NCBI RefSeq assembly: GCF_006345805.1
Contig: NC_043025.1
Span: forward strand, 14,322,001-14,386,000
Reading direction: 5' to 3'
DNA length: 64,000 nucleotides
DNA from: Octopus sinensis
Lineage: Eukaryota
A program made the translations under genes and the position numbers. Below are positions 53,648 to 64,000 of this stretch, piece after piece; the first letter of the stretch is position 1; each line of letters opens with the position of its first letter. The notes below the pieces were generated by a model. The model was given only the letters and a program-made list of their open reading frames with translations. It had not been told where the DNA came from and made no database searches.

Positions 53648-53756
53648 TGAGTAGTAGTATTAGTATGAGTAGTAGTAGTAGTATTAGTAGTAGTGGTAGT
53701 AGTAGTAGTAGTATTAGTAGTAGTAGTATTAGTAGTAGTAGTATTAGTTGTAGTAT

Positions 53757-53791
<35 letters not shown>

Positions 53792-56700
53792 ATAATGATA
53801 ATAATGCCTCCTCATTGATATGACTGTCCCAATCGATATAAACGTATCTGTCAAAACCTACCAATAAACTGAGCAAATATAAAGATCTTGAAATAGAAAT
53901 TAGCAAAATGTGGAAGCTGAAGACTGTTGTCATAGGTGCCCTTGGGATGATAGCAAAAGGGGCTGATTGCTACCTAGCTCAGATACCAGGAAACCCCAAA
54001 ATGGCAGAAATTCAAAATCACAAAAATTTGGAGAATGAAAACCGTAAAGGTTTTGCCGATAATAATTGGTGCATTGGGAACTGTGAGTAAAGATATAGAG
54101 AAATGGTTAAAGGAGACTGGAATAGAATGCTCAGTAGAACTTCTTCTATACAGAAAGTTTACCTCTTAGGGACAGATTATCAGGAGGGTCTTAAACCTTT
54201 TGTTACTAACCCGGCCAAAACCGGCTCTGGCTCTGTAGTACAAATGTCTTGTTTTCATAAGTTTTGAATTAAAATCCTCCACCAAACCTTAGTCACAATT
54301 TATGTTCCTAACACTAGCTGAATGATAACTAAGTTATTTTACTAAATTCTTTGTTATATTTGAAGTAATTGAAAGAAACACAGAGCATCTCAACAGAAGA
54401 AATATGGTAACAAAAGGGTTAAAATATATAATAGAGAAACAATTATTAATCCTTTTGATACCAACCTGGCTGAAACCACCTCTGACTGTGGTACAAATGT
54501 CTTGTTTGCATAAGTTCTGAATTAAAATCTTCCACCAAACCTTAGTCACAATTTATGTTCCTAACACTAGCTGAATGATAACTAAATTATTTTACTAAAT
54601 TCTTTGTTATATTTAAAACTAATCGAAAGAAACACAGAGCATCTCAAAATAAATACAGTAATGAAAGGGTTAAGCATTTGATAGACTATTGAAAGATTGT
54701 GGATTGTTATAGGTAGGAACCCGCTACCCACATAAATTCTACCAGGAAAAAGAAATGACCCCAATAAAGGGTTGGTTTTGTCAAATAAGTGAAAAGTTCA
54801 GAGTGAGAGGAGGGTAAATTTCTGAAGGAAAGGGAAGTGTGGGGTGGGGTGGGGGGCAAAAGAGCTAAAAGATTGGGATGGGGGGGAGTGAATTTGCGGG
54901 GACAATGGAATGTCTGAGAGAGAGAGACTCACCTGTTTTCTGATGTCATGAGAGACTCCACCATAGTAAACCAAGCGATACATTTCATCAGGATTTGGTA
55001 TCTGGAGATATTACAGCAGAACGTTAATTAATTAATTAATACCAATATTACACCTTCATTGTTAATTACATTTCTATCAGTAAAAGGTAAGGGGATTGCA
55101 CCTCAAAAGTTACCCTCCGAGGCGCAAGTCCGGGAAAGGTTGTTTATGGAAGACCAGCAGTCGCCCATGCATACTAGCCTCCCCTCTACACGCCACCAAT
55201 GTTATCCAAGGGAAAGGCAAAGGGGCCAATACAGAGAAAGGGAGAGAGAGAGAAAGAGAGAGAGAGAGAAATAGAGAGAAGAATTAATTACTTTACCTTT
55301 CCATCAATACAAATACTGGCCCATTTCTCAGGTGTGAGCCCCAAGGTGGCATTGTTTGGTTGTACAGGTGAGATGATATTGTGATGGACTAAACCGGACA
55401 GATGGGTGCGTACAGTCTTCAAGTGGCGGCAATGAGCGAGCCCTGGGGACGAGAAACAGAAGAAAACACCAGGGGTAACTTAATCACTGACAGCATAAAA
55501 CAAAATGTGTGTGTGTGTATGTGTGTCCCCACACCACTGCTTGACAACCAGTGTTGGTGTGTTTACATCCCTGCTACTTAATGGTTCAGCAAAAGGGATA
55601 AATAGAATAAAGATCAAGCTTTAAAAAAATATTTACAGGAGCTGGTTTGTTTGGCTAAACCCCTTCAAGGCAGTGCCCCAGCATGGCCACAGTCCAGTGT
55701 TGGTGTGTTTACATCCCCCCGTAACATCGGGGGGTCTGGCGAAAGAGACCAACAGAGGAAGTTTGTTTTGTTTTGTTTCTTTGTTCGTTCCTACTCGAGC
55801 CATGCCTGGCTCATAAGGGCCAGTTTCCCGGTTTCCTTGGCATATAGGTTCCCCACCTGGACGGGATGCTGGCGGAATTCGAACAGAGAATGTAACAGCA
55901 GACGAAATACCGCTAAGCATTTCACCCAGGATGCTAACGTTTCTGCTAGCATGCTGCCTTTCAAGTGTGGCGTATTGCCAGGGGTCTCGGTCACCATAAC
56001 TGCCTCTGTGAGGCCCTAGGTTTATAGGCTGCTTTTTATGTGCTACTGGCATTTGTCAAAAGCGATTTTCATCCCCAAATTCTGTAGTTTCCTGTTATCA
56101 TCATCATCATCGTTTAACGCAGTGGTTTTCAACCAGGGTTCCGCGGAACCTTTGGGTTCTGCCAGCACAGTCCAGGGGTTCCGCAAGAGGTTACAAAACT
56201 GTTAAAATCGGCAGTAATTTTTAATTCTCCTGTGCAGATATGTGTGCATAAGACTATTAAATTATTGCACAGGTGCCAGGGGAGGCTGGCAGCGGCCATG
56301 ATCAGCTGGTAGTTTTTACGTGCCACCGGCACGGAAGCCAGTCAAGGCAGCCCTGGAATCGGCCACGTTCGGATTGTGCTGTTTATGTACCACTGGCACA
56401 GGTATCACAACTACAATTTCCATTTGATTTTTTGATGTTGATGTTATGTATATATTAATTAATTAATTAACGAGTGTGATTAGTACTTACATCCATAAAA
56501 AGCTCTGGAGATGATCTGTTTCTTCATTGTGTCACACAGTTGTTTGATTGTGGCTCTGCTTGGAAAGGGAATAACAATAAAAATATTCAAAATATCTGTA
56601 TTTACATAATGCATGTGTGTGTTTGATTTCGTTTATATACCTCAAGCTAATATATATACCTCGTTTATATACCTTGAGCCTCTGATTCATATTTCAATTT

Positions 56701-59700
56701 ATTCTGTGCCATGAGACGTTGGGACATGTCAGCAGATAATTTTCAGGCGTAGGAGTGGCTGTGAGGTAAGTAGATTGTTTACGAACCACATGGTTCCGGG
56801 TTCAGTCCCACTGCGTGGCACCTTGGGCAGGTGTCTTCTGCTATAGCCTCGGGTTAACCAATGCCTTGTGAGTGCATTTGGTAGACGGAAACTGAAAGAA
56901 GCCCGTCGTATATACGTACATATATATATATATGTATGTGTGTGTATGTGTTTGTGTGTCTGTGTTTGTACTGCCAACATTGCTTGACAACCGATGCTGG
57001 TGTGTTTACGTCCCCGTAACTTTGTGGTTCGGCAAAAGAGACCGATAGAATAAGTACTGGGCTTACAAAGAATAAGTCCTGGGGTCTATTTGCTCGACTA
57101 AAGGCGGTGCTCCAGCATGGCCACAGTCAAATGACTGAAACAAAGTAAAAAAAAAACATTCAGCATATAGACATAGTCAGCAATATGGCTGGCAGCAAGC
57201 CTTGTTCAGTCTGTGGCACTGATGTCTCCAAGAAGGGACCTATGTCAGTTGTCTCCCCTTGCTTATAACTTACTTTCAAGGGTTTTTAACCCTAGGCACG
57301 CTGAGAAGGTATACCCTGATGCCTAAAACACAGCTGACAAACTAACAACATACACACCTTGTATGTGTCCGATTTTGTTTATTTATATATATATATATAG
57401 GCGCAGGAGTGGCTGTGTGGTAAGTAGCTTGCTAACCAACCACATGGTTCCAGGTTCAGTCCCACTGCATGGCATCTTGGGCAAGTGTCTTCTGCTATAG
57501 CCCCGGGCCGACCAATGCCTTGTGAGTGGATTTGGTAGACGGAAACTGAAAGAAGCCTGTCGTATATATTTATATATATATATAATATTGCTTGACACCG
57601 ATACTGGTGTGTTTACGTCCCCATCACTTAGCGGTTCAGCAAAAGAGGCTGATAGAATAAGTACTGGGCTTACAAAGAATAAGTCCCGGGGTCGATTTGC
57701 TTGACTAAAGGCGGTGCTCCAGCATGGCCGCAGTCAAATGACTGAAACAAGTAAAAGAGTAAAGAGAATGTGTGTGTGAGATTTGTGTGTGTGTGTGTGT
57801 GTGTGTAGGCATGGCTGTATGGTTAAGAAGCTTGTTGTATTCAGACTCATAAGGTTGTAGGTTCAATTCCTGACCTAGACAGACAATGTGTCTTTGAGCA
57901 AAGCGTTTCATTTCAGAAGCAGCACCGGATAGAGAAACGAACAGCGCCAACTTATTGCACCTATCAACAACAAAGTGAACTGAGCCATCAACAAAGCTAT
58001 CACATACACAGTGTGCTATCACTGCCTCCCCCCCACTTCATGAATGCAAAAGATGTTACGGACTGACGTGACGTACACAAAACCTCCATTTACCTGTGAT
58101 TAGATGCAACTCGTGAAAGACAGGTGTTGTTCTGTTCCTCCTGGGACCGGGCATACGACTGCATAGTTGACTGTGTCGGTGGTACTGGGTCAACCGTTTG
58201 GAATGGCCAGGGGAAGTTGTCCATCTTCACATTCAGCTTTGGGTCCAACATTTCGGGGGCTGAAGAGACAGAGAAGACATTAATGTTAAGTTTCACTTTG
58301 GGAAGAAGACCAAAGGGTCCGTCCCCTTGGAAGATACAAGGACCAACTCAAAGCGACACTAATAGCCCCTGGAATTGAACCCAAATCGTTTGAGACACCA
58401 GCCAGAGACTGTACCAGGTGGTGTTGTTGAGCATTAAGAAATGTTACTTATGTATGAGAGCAGTAGTAGCAGTGGTGGTAGTGGTGGTAGTGGTGGTAGT
58501 GGTGGTAGTGGTGGTGGTGGTAGTGGTGGTGGTGGTGGTAGTGGTGGTGGTGGTAGTGTTGAGTGTGGGTAAAGAGTTGTCAAATATGTTCTCATTATCA
58601 GTTGAGTGAGAGTGTGAGTGAGGGTAGCAGTAAGAGTGGTGGTTTTTGAGAGCATGGTAAGAGATGTCAGTGAAAGGGGTCACTTTCAGATAAGTGTGTA
58701 GCAGCAGCAGTAGTAGTAGTGATCATGGTGGTGGTGGTGGTGTTGAGGGCAAGGTGAAGTGTCACATTAGAGAGTAGTAGTGGTAGTGATGGTGGTGGTA
58801 GTGGTGGTGGTGGTAGTGGTGGTGGTGGTAGTGGTGGTGGTGGTAGTGGTGGTGGTGGTGGTAGTGATGGTGGTGGTTTTGGTGGTGGTGGTGGTAGTGG
58901 TGGTGGTGGTAGTGAGGGTGATGGATTTTGCGTGTAAGCCAGAGAGAGGTGTGTCACTTACGAATGTTCTCAGGTTTAAAAGTGGCCACGATTCGGAACA
59001 CGTAGTCGGTCGCTTCTTCCTCGTCTGTACTGGAGCTGCTGGTACTCCCTTCCTTGCTGGACATTTTGTTGCATTTACGACGGAGCTTTGGAAATACTTT
59101 CCCTGATAAAAAGAAAAATGAAAAAAAACAGAAGCAACGATAAGATGGATGGCACCAAAAACAATTTGGATCTCTTCCGGTGAAAACACATCTTTAAAGG
59201 TACCACTTTAGTGTAGTACGGTCTGTGAGGTTGGGGCATTCAGCTCATGATTGTAAAGCTGTGATTTTGATTCCTGTCGGTGCACTGCATCCTTGAGCAA
59301 GATACTTCACTTCAGTGTGCTCAGCAATGAGCTATAACTCTAATTTAAAGGGCCAACCTTGTCACATACATTGTTTCCCATTGAGCTCTTCACATCTGAA
59401 GAGTTAGCCTTCTGTATCTGTTTTGATTTGTACTATGCAATTTATAATATACTGTGAAGTGGTTGGCATTTGGAAGGGCATCCAGGTGTAAAAACCATGA
59501 CAAAACTAACCTCATCTGTGCTGGTTCCACGTAAAAAAAAACACTGAGTCCACTCTGCAGAGTGGTTGGTGTTAGGAAGGGAATCCAGCTGTAAAAAACC
59601 TGCCAAAACAGACAGAGTAGCATAGGGTAGTTTTTCTACCTGGTCAGCAACTGTCAACCATCCTACCCATGCATGCGTGGAAGATCGACATTAAACAATG

Positions 59701-61928
59701 ATGATGAAGTGGTGAAGCACGACCTTCAAACATTAGGCCTCACCGAGATAATGACCAGTAACTGAGACTTTTGGAAATATGCTGTGCTTGAGAAGACCCG
59801 GCAAGCCAAGTGAGACCATAACCTTGTGGCCTATGCCAGGGGTGTAACCAGCCCACTTATGCGTACATTCCCTTCATTGGACACTGCTTGCAAAGACCTG
59901 TTGAGGCAAGTGAAATCGAAATCAAATTCGATGATTGGCATCCGTGCTAGTGGAGCACTAAGAACACCATCCAGATAACTGGTGTCTGTGCCCATGGCAC
60001 GTAAAAAGCACCGTTCAAGCGTGATCGTTATCAGTATTGCCTTGCTGGCACTTGTGCCGGTGTGCAGGTGGCACATAAAAAAAACACCATTTGGGTGTGG
60101 CCGTTGCCAGTACCGCCTGACTGGCCCTCGTGCCGGTGGCGCGTAAAAGCACCCACTACACTCTTGGAGGGGTTGGCGTTAGGAAGGGCATCCAGCTGTA
60201 GAAACTTTGCCAGATCAAGAGTGGAGCCTGGTGCAGCCATCTGGTTCACCAGTCCTCAGTCAAAGCATCCAACCCCTGCTAGCATGGAAAGCGGATGTTA
60301 AACGATGATGATTCATAACTTAGTGATGGTAGTGGTGGTGATGGTGGTAGTAGTGAGGGAACAAGCACTCCAGACATCTTCAACAAACACTCCACGATAT
60401 CTCTATTCAATAATTCCTACGACCTGTAGCGGGGGTTGAACCTGAGACCATGTAATTGCAAAACAAGTTGTTTAACCACACAACCGTGGGAGAGAATTTC
60501 AGTTGGAAAAAACTTACCTTTCCCTCGCTGTGACCAGAGAGGGGGGTCGAGTTGTCCGTGGGGTAGGAGTCCGTTTTCCAGACAGGACAAGAAGGCTAAC
60601 AGGTGACCGCCTTTGGGGAAGTGGATAGGAGGCCGCTGGACTCCATCTTGGCCGACAAGCACGATTGTTCCACCATAATCGGCTGAAAAAAATGAGACAG
60701 AGATTTATAATGAGTAATTGTATAGGACTTACCGTTGTTCAGATGTATTCGGCACATTAAATATACTGCATGTTTAATATTACTTACAGGGTACCTGTAC
60801 ACAATATGTACAGGTACCCTGTGTATGCACTGTGTACGCAGCTCTTCAACAATAGATGTACACATCACATGCAGATGCATATAGATCATAATTTATGCAT
60901 ACCTCACATGTATACACACTTTAAATTATGCATACTTCCCATGTACACGTGGTCTGATCAGTAAGTATCCATACTGTTGCTATAGTAACAAAACTAAAAT
61001 ACACAGAGTGATGCTGTTTGGCACAGATTGACCTTGAACTCTGCTGTGCATGTGCACAAAGTTTTAACGTCCTAGCTCACTTCCATTGTTTACAGCAGTG
61101 CTTGGAAGGAACGTGTGTAGCATGTGATTGTCGCATTGACCATGACAGAGAAATTTGAGCAGAGAATCTGCATCAAATTTTGCTAAAAGGTTGGCGATAC
61201 CTGCTCAGAGGCCTATTATACATACTTTACTAGTACATAAATCCCACATTTTAAACGCTGAACCTGGAACCATGTGGTTGGGAAGCATGCTTCTTATTTC
61301 TTTACTACCCACAAGGGGCTAAACACAGAGGGGACAAACAAGGACAGACAAACGGATTATATTGACCCCAGTGCGTAACTGGTACTTATTTAATTGACCC
61401 CGAAACGATGAAAGGCAAAGTTGACCTCTGCAGAATTTGAACTCAGAACATAGCGGCAGACGAAATACCTATTTCTTTATTACCCACAAGGGGCTAAACA
61501 TAGAGGGGACAAACAAGGATAGACAGACATGGATTAAGTCGATTATATTGACCCCAGTGCGCAACTGGTACTTAATTTATCGACCCCGAAAGGATGAAAG
61601 GCAAAGTCAACCTCGATGGAATTTGAACTCAGAACGTAATGGCAGATGAAATACCGCTAAGCATTTCGCCCGGCGTGCTAACGTTTCTGCCAGCTCGCTA
61701 CCTTGGGAAGCAAGCTTCTTACCACACAGCCATGCTTGTAAATTTCAAGAGAAGGAGAGAGGGGGAGTGTGTGTTTGTGAATGAGTCAGTGGATGACATA
61801 GAGAAAGTCATTAGCTCATCGTCACCATGGTAATCGTTAAGGCAGAGGTTTCCTACTTACGTTGCTGGTGACAGTGGATGTAAACAATTTCATCGACGTA
61901 TATAGTCAAAGCATAATCCCAATATAAA
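33037..61928 (-). CDS. SGSM1/2: Small G protein signaling modulator 1/2 ortholog (RUN/TBC Rab-GAP, RUTBC), 5'-partial, 15 coding exons in the window
   Basis: All 15 exons have GT-AG ends and compatible phases. The protein contains [47 protein letters not shown] fingers IDKDVQR and YVQG, and ends IQTLIENK*. Confidence 0.96.
34079..34246 (-). CDS. SGSM1/2: SGSM exon ([15 protein letters not shown]...DIIKFFN)
   Basis: 168 nt, phase 1 to 1. Confidence 0.96.
34345..34575 (-). mobile_element. SINE family B (representative; copies at ~4300-4550, 13595-13830, 37575-37805, 38000-38215, 43395-43745, 44925-45150, 45330-45490, 61290-61700)
   Basis: Recurrent ~230-bp unit: ctggcagaaacgttagcacgccgggcgaaatgcttagcggtatttcg...gagttcaaattcc...gtaaagaaata. 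Confidence 0.85.
35417..35513 (-). CDS. SGSM1/2: SGSM exon (ILDCELF...[12 protein letters not shown])
   Basis: 97 nt, phase 0 to 1. Confidence 0.96.
36355..36770 (+). mobile_element. RTE-LINE 3' UTR / RTE-tailed repeat, family C (copies at ~7350-7655, 24655-25090, 41740-42200, 59920-60310)
   Basis: Internal gccggtggcacgtaaaaagcacc subrepeats and a ggaagggcatccagc...cgttaaacgatgatgatg tail; joined to the RTE ORF end at ~59703-60310. Confidence 0.75.
37366..37475 (-). CDS. SGSM1/2: SGSM exon (EALTYSCF...[10 protein letters not shown])
   Basis: 110 nt, phase 1 to 0. Confidence 0.96.
38521..38951 (+). mobile_element. Non-autonomous Helitron
   Basis: Starts TC, ends CTAG, sits between A and T, and has a GC-rich subterminal hairpin (cccgggcaacgccggg) just before the 3' end. 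Confidence 0.7.
39122..39204 (-). CDS. SGSM1/2: SGSM exon ([27 protein letters not shown]; Gln finger)
   Basis: 83 nt, phase 2 to 1. Confidence 0.96.
40000..40810 (+). mobile_element. CR1 LINE 3' fragment with 4 tandem copies of a 123-bp terminal unit
   Basis: ORF2 C-terminus ([32 protein letters not shown]); the unit starts at 40191, 40315, 40438 and 40561; (ATT)n tail. Confidence 0.85.
40839..40963 (-). CDS. SGSM1/2: SGSM exon ([28 protein letters not shown]...; Arg finger)
   Basis: 125 nt, phase 0 to 2. Confidence 0.96.
41045..41490. repeat. ~20-bp minisatellite (gtgtgggcaattgagtgaga)n
   Basis: About 20 diverged tandem units, ~80 nt from an SGSM acceptor. Confidence 0.9.
44146..44154 (-). 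CDS. SGSM1/2: Candidate 9-nt SGSM microexon (YVQ) or recursive splice site
   Basis: Pyrimidine tract ...tttacag|TATGTTCAG|gtgagt inside a phase-0 intron; frame-preserving with no stop. Confidence 0.45.
46035..46370. repeat. Near-perfect long palindrome (~157-bp arms, 8-nt loop)
   Basis: 46041-46197 is the reverse complement of 46206-46364 with about 4 differences; TA repeats flank it. Confidence 0.95.
47236..48354 (+). mobile_element. CR1 3'-end array (~8 copies of the 123-bp unit) inserted in a TTAA MITE, flanked by a 122-bp direct repeat
   Basis: Unit starts at 47341, 47464, 47587, 47710, 47833, 47956 and 48079, plus a partial first unit. 47114-47235 matches 48355-48476 with one mismatch. 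Confidence 0.88.
49216..49432. mobile_element. piggyBac-like MITE (TTAA|CCCTTT...AAAGGG|TTAA); relatives at ~19560-20090, ~54190-54422, ~54447-54672
   Basis: CCCTTT/AAAGGG termini with a TTAA duplication. Confidence 0.7.
49440..49790 (+). mobile_element. Mariner transposase C-terminal remnant
   Basis: Frameshifted pieces read [39 protein letters not shown] and [15 protein letters not shown]. Confidence 0.7.
50469..50840 (-). mobile_element. tRNA-headed SINE, family D (partial copies at ~4830-5105 + and ~33590-33710 -)
   Basis: Head ggcgcaatggcccagtggttagggcagcggactcgcggtcgtaggatcacggtttcgattcccag carries A/B-box-like motifs. Confidence 0.7.
51225..51304 (-). CDS. SGSM1/2: SGSM exon ([27 protein letters not shown])
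   Basis: 80 nt, phase 1 to 0. Confidence 0.9.
51392..51800 (+). mobile_element. tRNA-derived SINE, family A (representative; further copies at ~2560-2970, 3073-3450, 9170-9590, 16368-16790, 21250-21570, 22505-22875, 39330-39725, 42925-43285, 52275-52700, 56745-57150, 57400-57765)
   Basis: Recurrent ~400-bp unit: ggagtggctgtgtggtaag head, ggttcagtccc B-box-like motif, internal (TA)/(TG) tract and gtaaaaga tail repeats. Confidence 0.9.
52716..53490 (-). CDS. SGSM1/2: SGSM large exon (VWPYLLGHY... plus acidic/Ser-rich TBC insertion)
   Basis: 775 nt, phase 0 to 1; contains [17 protein letters not shown]. Confidence 0.95.
53510..53805. repeat. (AGT/ATT) compound trinucleotide microsatellite
   Basis: About 300 bp of agt/att repeats next to the acceptor of the large SGSM exon. 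Confidence 0.95.
53805..54020 (+). mobile_element. R4/Dong-like LINE restriction-like endonuclease remnant
   Basis: Reads [48 protein letters not shown], a PD-(D/E)xK RLE pattern, directly after taataat repeats. Confidence 0.7.
54933..55001 (-). CDS. SGSM1/2: SGSM exon ([23 protein letters not shown])
   Basis: 69 nt, phase 0 to 0. Confidence 0.94.
55297..55442 (-). CDS. SGSM1/2: SGSM exon ([19 protein letters not shown]...IDGK)
   Basis: 146 nt, phase 1 to 0. Confidence 0.94.
56491..56555 (-). CDS. SGSM1/2: SGSM exon ([21 protein letters not shown])
   Basis: 65 nt, phase 2 to 1. Confidence 0.93.
58094..58259 (-). CDS. SGSM1/2: SGSM exon (PEMLDPKLN...RVASNH)
   Basis: 166 nt, phase 1 to 2; a poorly conserved linker, but it is required for phase. 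Confidence 0.85.
58962..59102 (-). CDS. SGSM1/2: SGSM exon ([10 protein letters not shown]...[15 protein letters not shown])
   Basis: 141 nt, phase 1 to 1. Confidence 0.93.
60518..60682 (-). CDS. SGSM1/2: SGSM exon ([13 protein letters not shown]...LWSQRGK)
   Basis: 165 nt, phase 1 to 1. Confidence 0.95.
61861..61928 (-). CDS. SGSM1/2: SGSM exon ([22 protein letters not shown])
   Basis: 68 nt, phase 2 to 1; ttgcag acceptor, gtaagt donor. Confidence 0.92.
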
Positions 61929-62650
61929 CTGCAATAAAAAACAACAATAATGTCAACATACAACAAACAACATCAAATCAAACATCATCGCATAAATATA
62001 AATACAGTGATGGCAACACATTACAACAATACTAAGCAAAATAATATTACATAGTACACCAACATAAACTATAATGTAGATACAAAGTAAATTGGTCTAT
62101 TTCATTACTAATTTATTGGGTATTTATGCAATATGTTTGTGGATAGTTGATAGGTTATATGTGATACTGATGAGAGAACAATAACTCCTGAAACATGGAT
62201 GTACACACTTTATCTATTTTTTTTTATCTTAATCACACTGTTTACATAAAGGTACTCATATATATGAAACCTAACTCTCAGTGCAGGCTGTGAATTCTAT
62301 GAGAAATCTAGAGAGATAAACTTAGAAATGCAATACAATAAAGTCAACATATAACATCAGTAATATTGGATCTCGAAGTACATCACATAGAGCTTTAAAT
62401 AACGGCATGTAAATATGAAGGTTGGCAGTGATTCCTTCAAAGTTTTGGACTGTTAGTCTGTTAGAGGAACTCACAACAAAGCAAATAAAAAGCAAGTAAA
62501 AAAAAAAGTTAAACATAAGTATATAACAATAAAAAAATGTGCAAATTTGTTTTCATTTATTAATTCTTTTTTAAATGTTTTTTTTTTTTCATGAACTTTC
62601 TCAGCATGCAACAGGGTCAACCCAGAAAATTACTGAAGCAAAATTTAAAG

Positions 62651-62680
<30 letters not shown>

Positions 62681-62685
<5 letters not shown>

Positions 62686-63078
62686 GGAGATGTACTCGCA
62701 TAGCAAGTGATTTGATCTGAGATCATGTGCTGGAACGAAAACAATTACAGCGTGGAAGGTGTTTATAAGCCATTTAAGAAACACACAAAAGCCATTCGAT
62801 TCACTTCAACATTTAAGTTTAATTTGTCAAAATATTTTCATTGCTAAAATCCGCGACCTGTTCACTGACAAAAATCCGTGCTGCACGGATTTTTGTCAGT
62901 GAACAGGTCGCGGATTTTAGCGACGAAAATATTTTGACAAATTAAACTTAAATGTTGAAGTGAATCGAATGGCTTTTGTGTGTTTCTTAATGGCTTATAA
63001 ACACCTCCACGCTGTAATTGTTTTCGTTCCAGCACATGATCTCAGATCAAATCACTTGCTATGCGAGTACATCTCCAT

Positions 63079-63124
<46 letters not shown>

Positions 63125-63267
63125 TGCAGCACGGACTTTGTCAGTGAACAGGTCGCGGATTTTAGCGACGAAAATATTTTGACAAATTAAACTTAAATGT
63201 TGAAGTGAATCGAATGGCTTTTGTGTGTTTCTTAAATGGCTTATAAACACCTTCACGCTGTAATTGT

Positions 63268-63270
<3 letters not shown>
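62681..63270. repeat. ~200-bp-arm palindrome (centre 62882) plus a third partial arm copy at 63121-63268
   Basis: attatggagatg...ccgtgc-t-gcacgg...ctccataat with about 4 arm differences; TA flanks. Confidence 0.9.
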
Positions 63271-63298
<28 letters not shown>

Positions 63299-63355
63299 TA
63301 TATATAAGCAATAATAAATCTCTGAACGAGGTATAGACAGTGGCTGCACGACTAA

Positions 63356-63594
63356 GTGAAGTATATTTGCCACTTAAATGTGGCTAACCACAAAGGGTGG
63401 ATGCTACTGTAGCTTGTAGCCCTGGGAGATCATCTTCTCCAGCTGGCTATTGACACACTTTCTGTGCCCTTTCTATGCATAGGGCACAGAAAGTGCATTA
63501 GTAGCCAGCTGGAGAAGTAGTTCTCCTGGGGCTACAAGCTACAGTAGAATCCACCCTTTGTGGTTAGCCACATTTAAGTGGCAAATATACTTCA
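63356..63594. mobile_element. Foldback MITE-like hairpin (~115-bp arms, 10-nt loop)
   Basis: gtgaagtatatttgcc...tgtgccct / agggcaca...ggcaaatatacttcac, with about 10 mismatches. Confidence 0.7.
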
Positions 63595-64000
63595 CATATA
63601 TATATATAAGAAAAATTAAAATATTTAACAATCTGACCCCACAAAGAAATCCCTTAACAAAAGAAGAAAAACACTTCAGGCAATTTTGCAAACAAAAAAA
63701 GGAAATACATACCCCCACCCACACCCCTGCACACAAAACAAGCATTTATAGATTTATGGTTAGAGCAAGCAAAAGAAAACGAAAAAAAAAAGTAAAATTA
63801 GCAAGAAAGAGAGCAAGAGGTCACTAGAGGTCACAAAAGGTCACCAGAGGTCATGCAGTTATTTCCATACTTCCAGCTGCTCATAGTTCTATTGTATTCC
63901 CCCCCCCACCACCTCCACCCTCGCTTCTCACCAATGTTAAGGGTCAAGATCAGTAGCAGCAGTGGCAGCAGTAGTAGCACTAATAGTAGTAGTAGTAGTA

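Noticed and set aside
53325-53933. 202-aa poly-Leu ORF
   Set aside because: It is a trinucleotide microsatellite translation.
60733-60765. 33-nt frame-preserving candidate SGSM exon with a perfect donor
   Set aside because: The acceptor lacks a pyrimidine tract, and the insertion would fall inside a conserved folded region.

Overview
This is AT-rich, intron-rich animal DNA packed with microsatellites and SINEs. The repeat landscape looks cephalopod (Octopus-like); that assignment is an inference. Three protein-coding loci can be built by hand. (1) A complete three-exon + strand gene (3655-3700, 4707-4730, 5875-6008) that the ORF track misses. It encodes a 67-aa precursor: signal peptide, short acidic propeptide and a 37-aa cationic six-cysteine CS-alpha-beta defensin. 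This is the most exciting feature. (2) An intronless, GC-rich, unidentified - strand locus with two ORFs (422 aa and 174 aa) separated by only 2 nt (TGA-AC-ATG), under a CpG-rich structured leader. It is either a dicistronic unit or one 598-aa gene broken by a 1-nt homopolymer indel. (3) The 3' 15 coding exons of an SGSM1/2 (RUTBC) Rab-GAP gene on the - strand (61928 to 33037; the 5' end lies outside the window), with a candidate 9-nt microexon in its 10-kb intron. The rest is several tRNA-derived SINE families, RTE, CR1, R4/Dong and Penelope fragments, mariner and maT remnants, a Helitron, TTAA MITEs, long foldback hairpins, CR1 3'-end tandem arrays (one with a 122-bp flanking duplication) and decayed hammerhead-like motifs. 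All coordinates were counted by hand; repeat boundaries are approximate.
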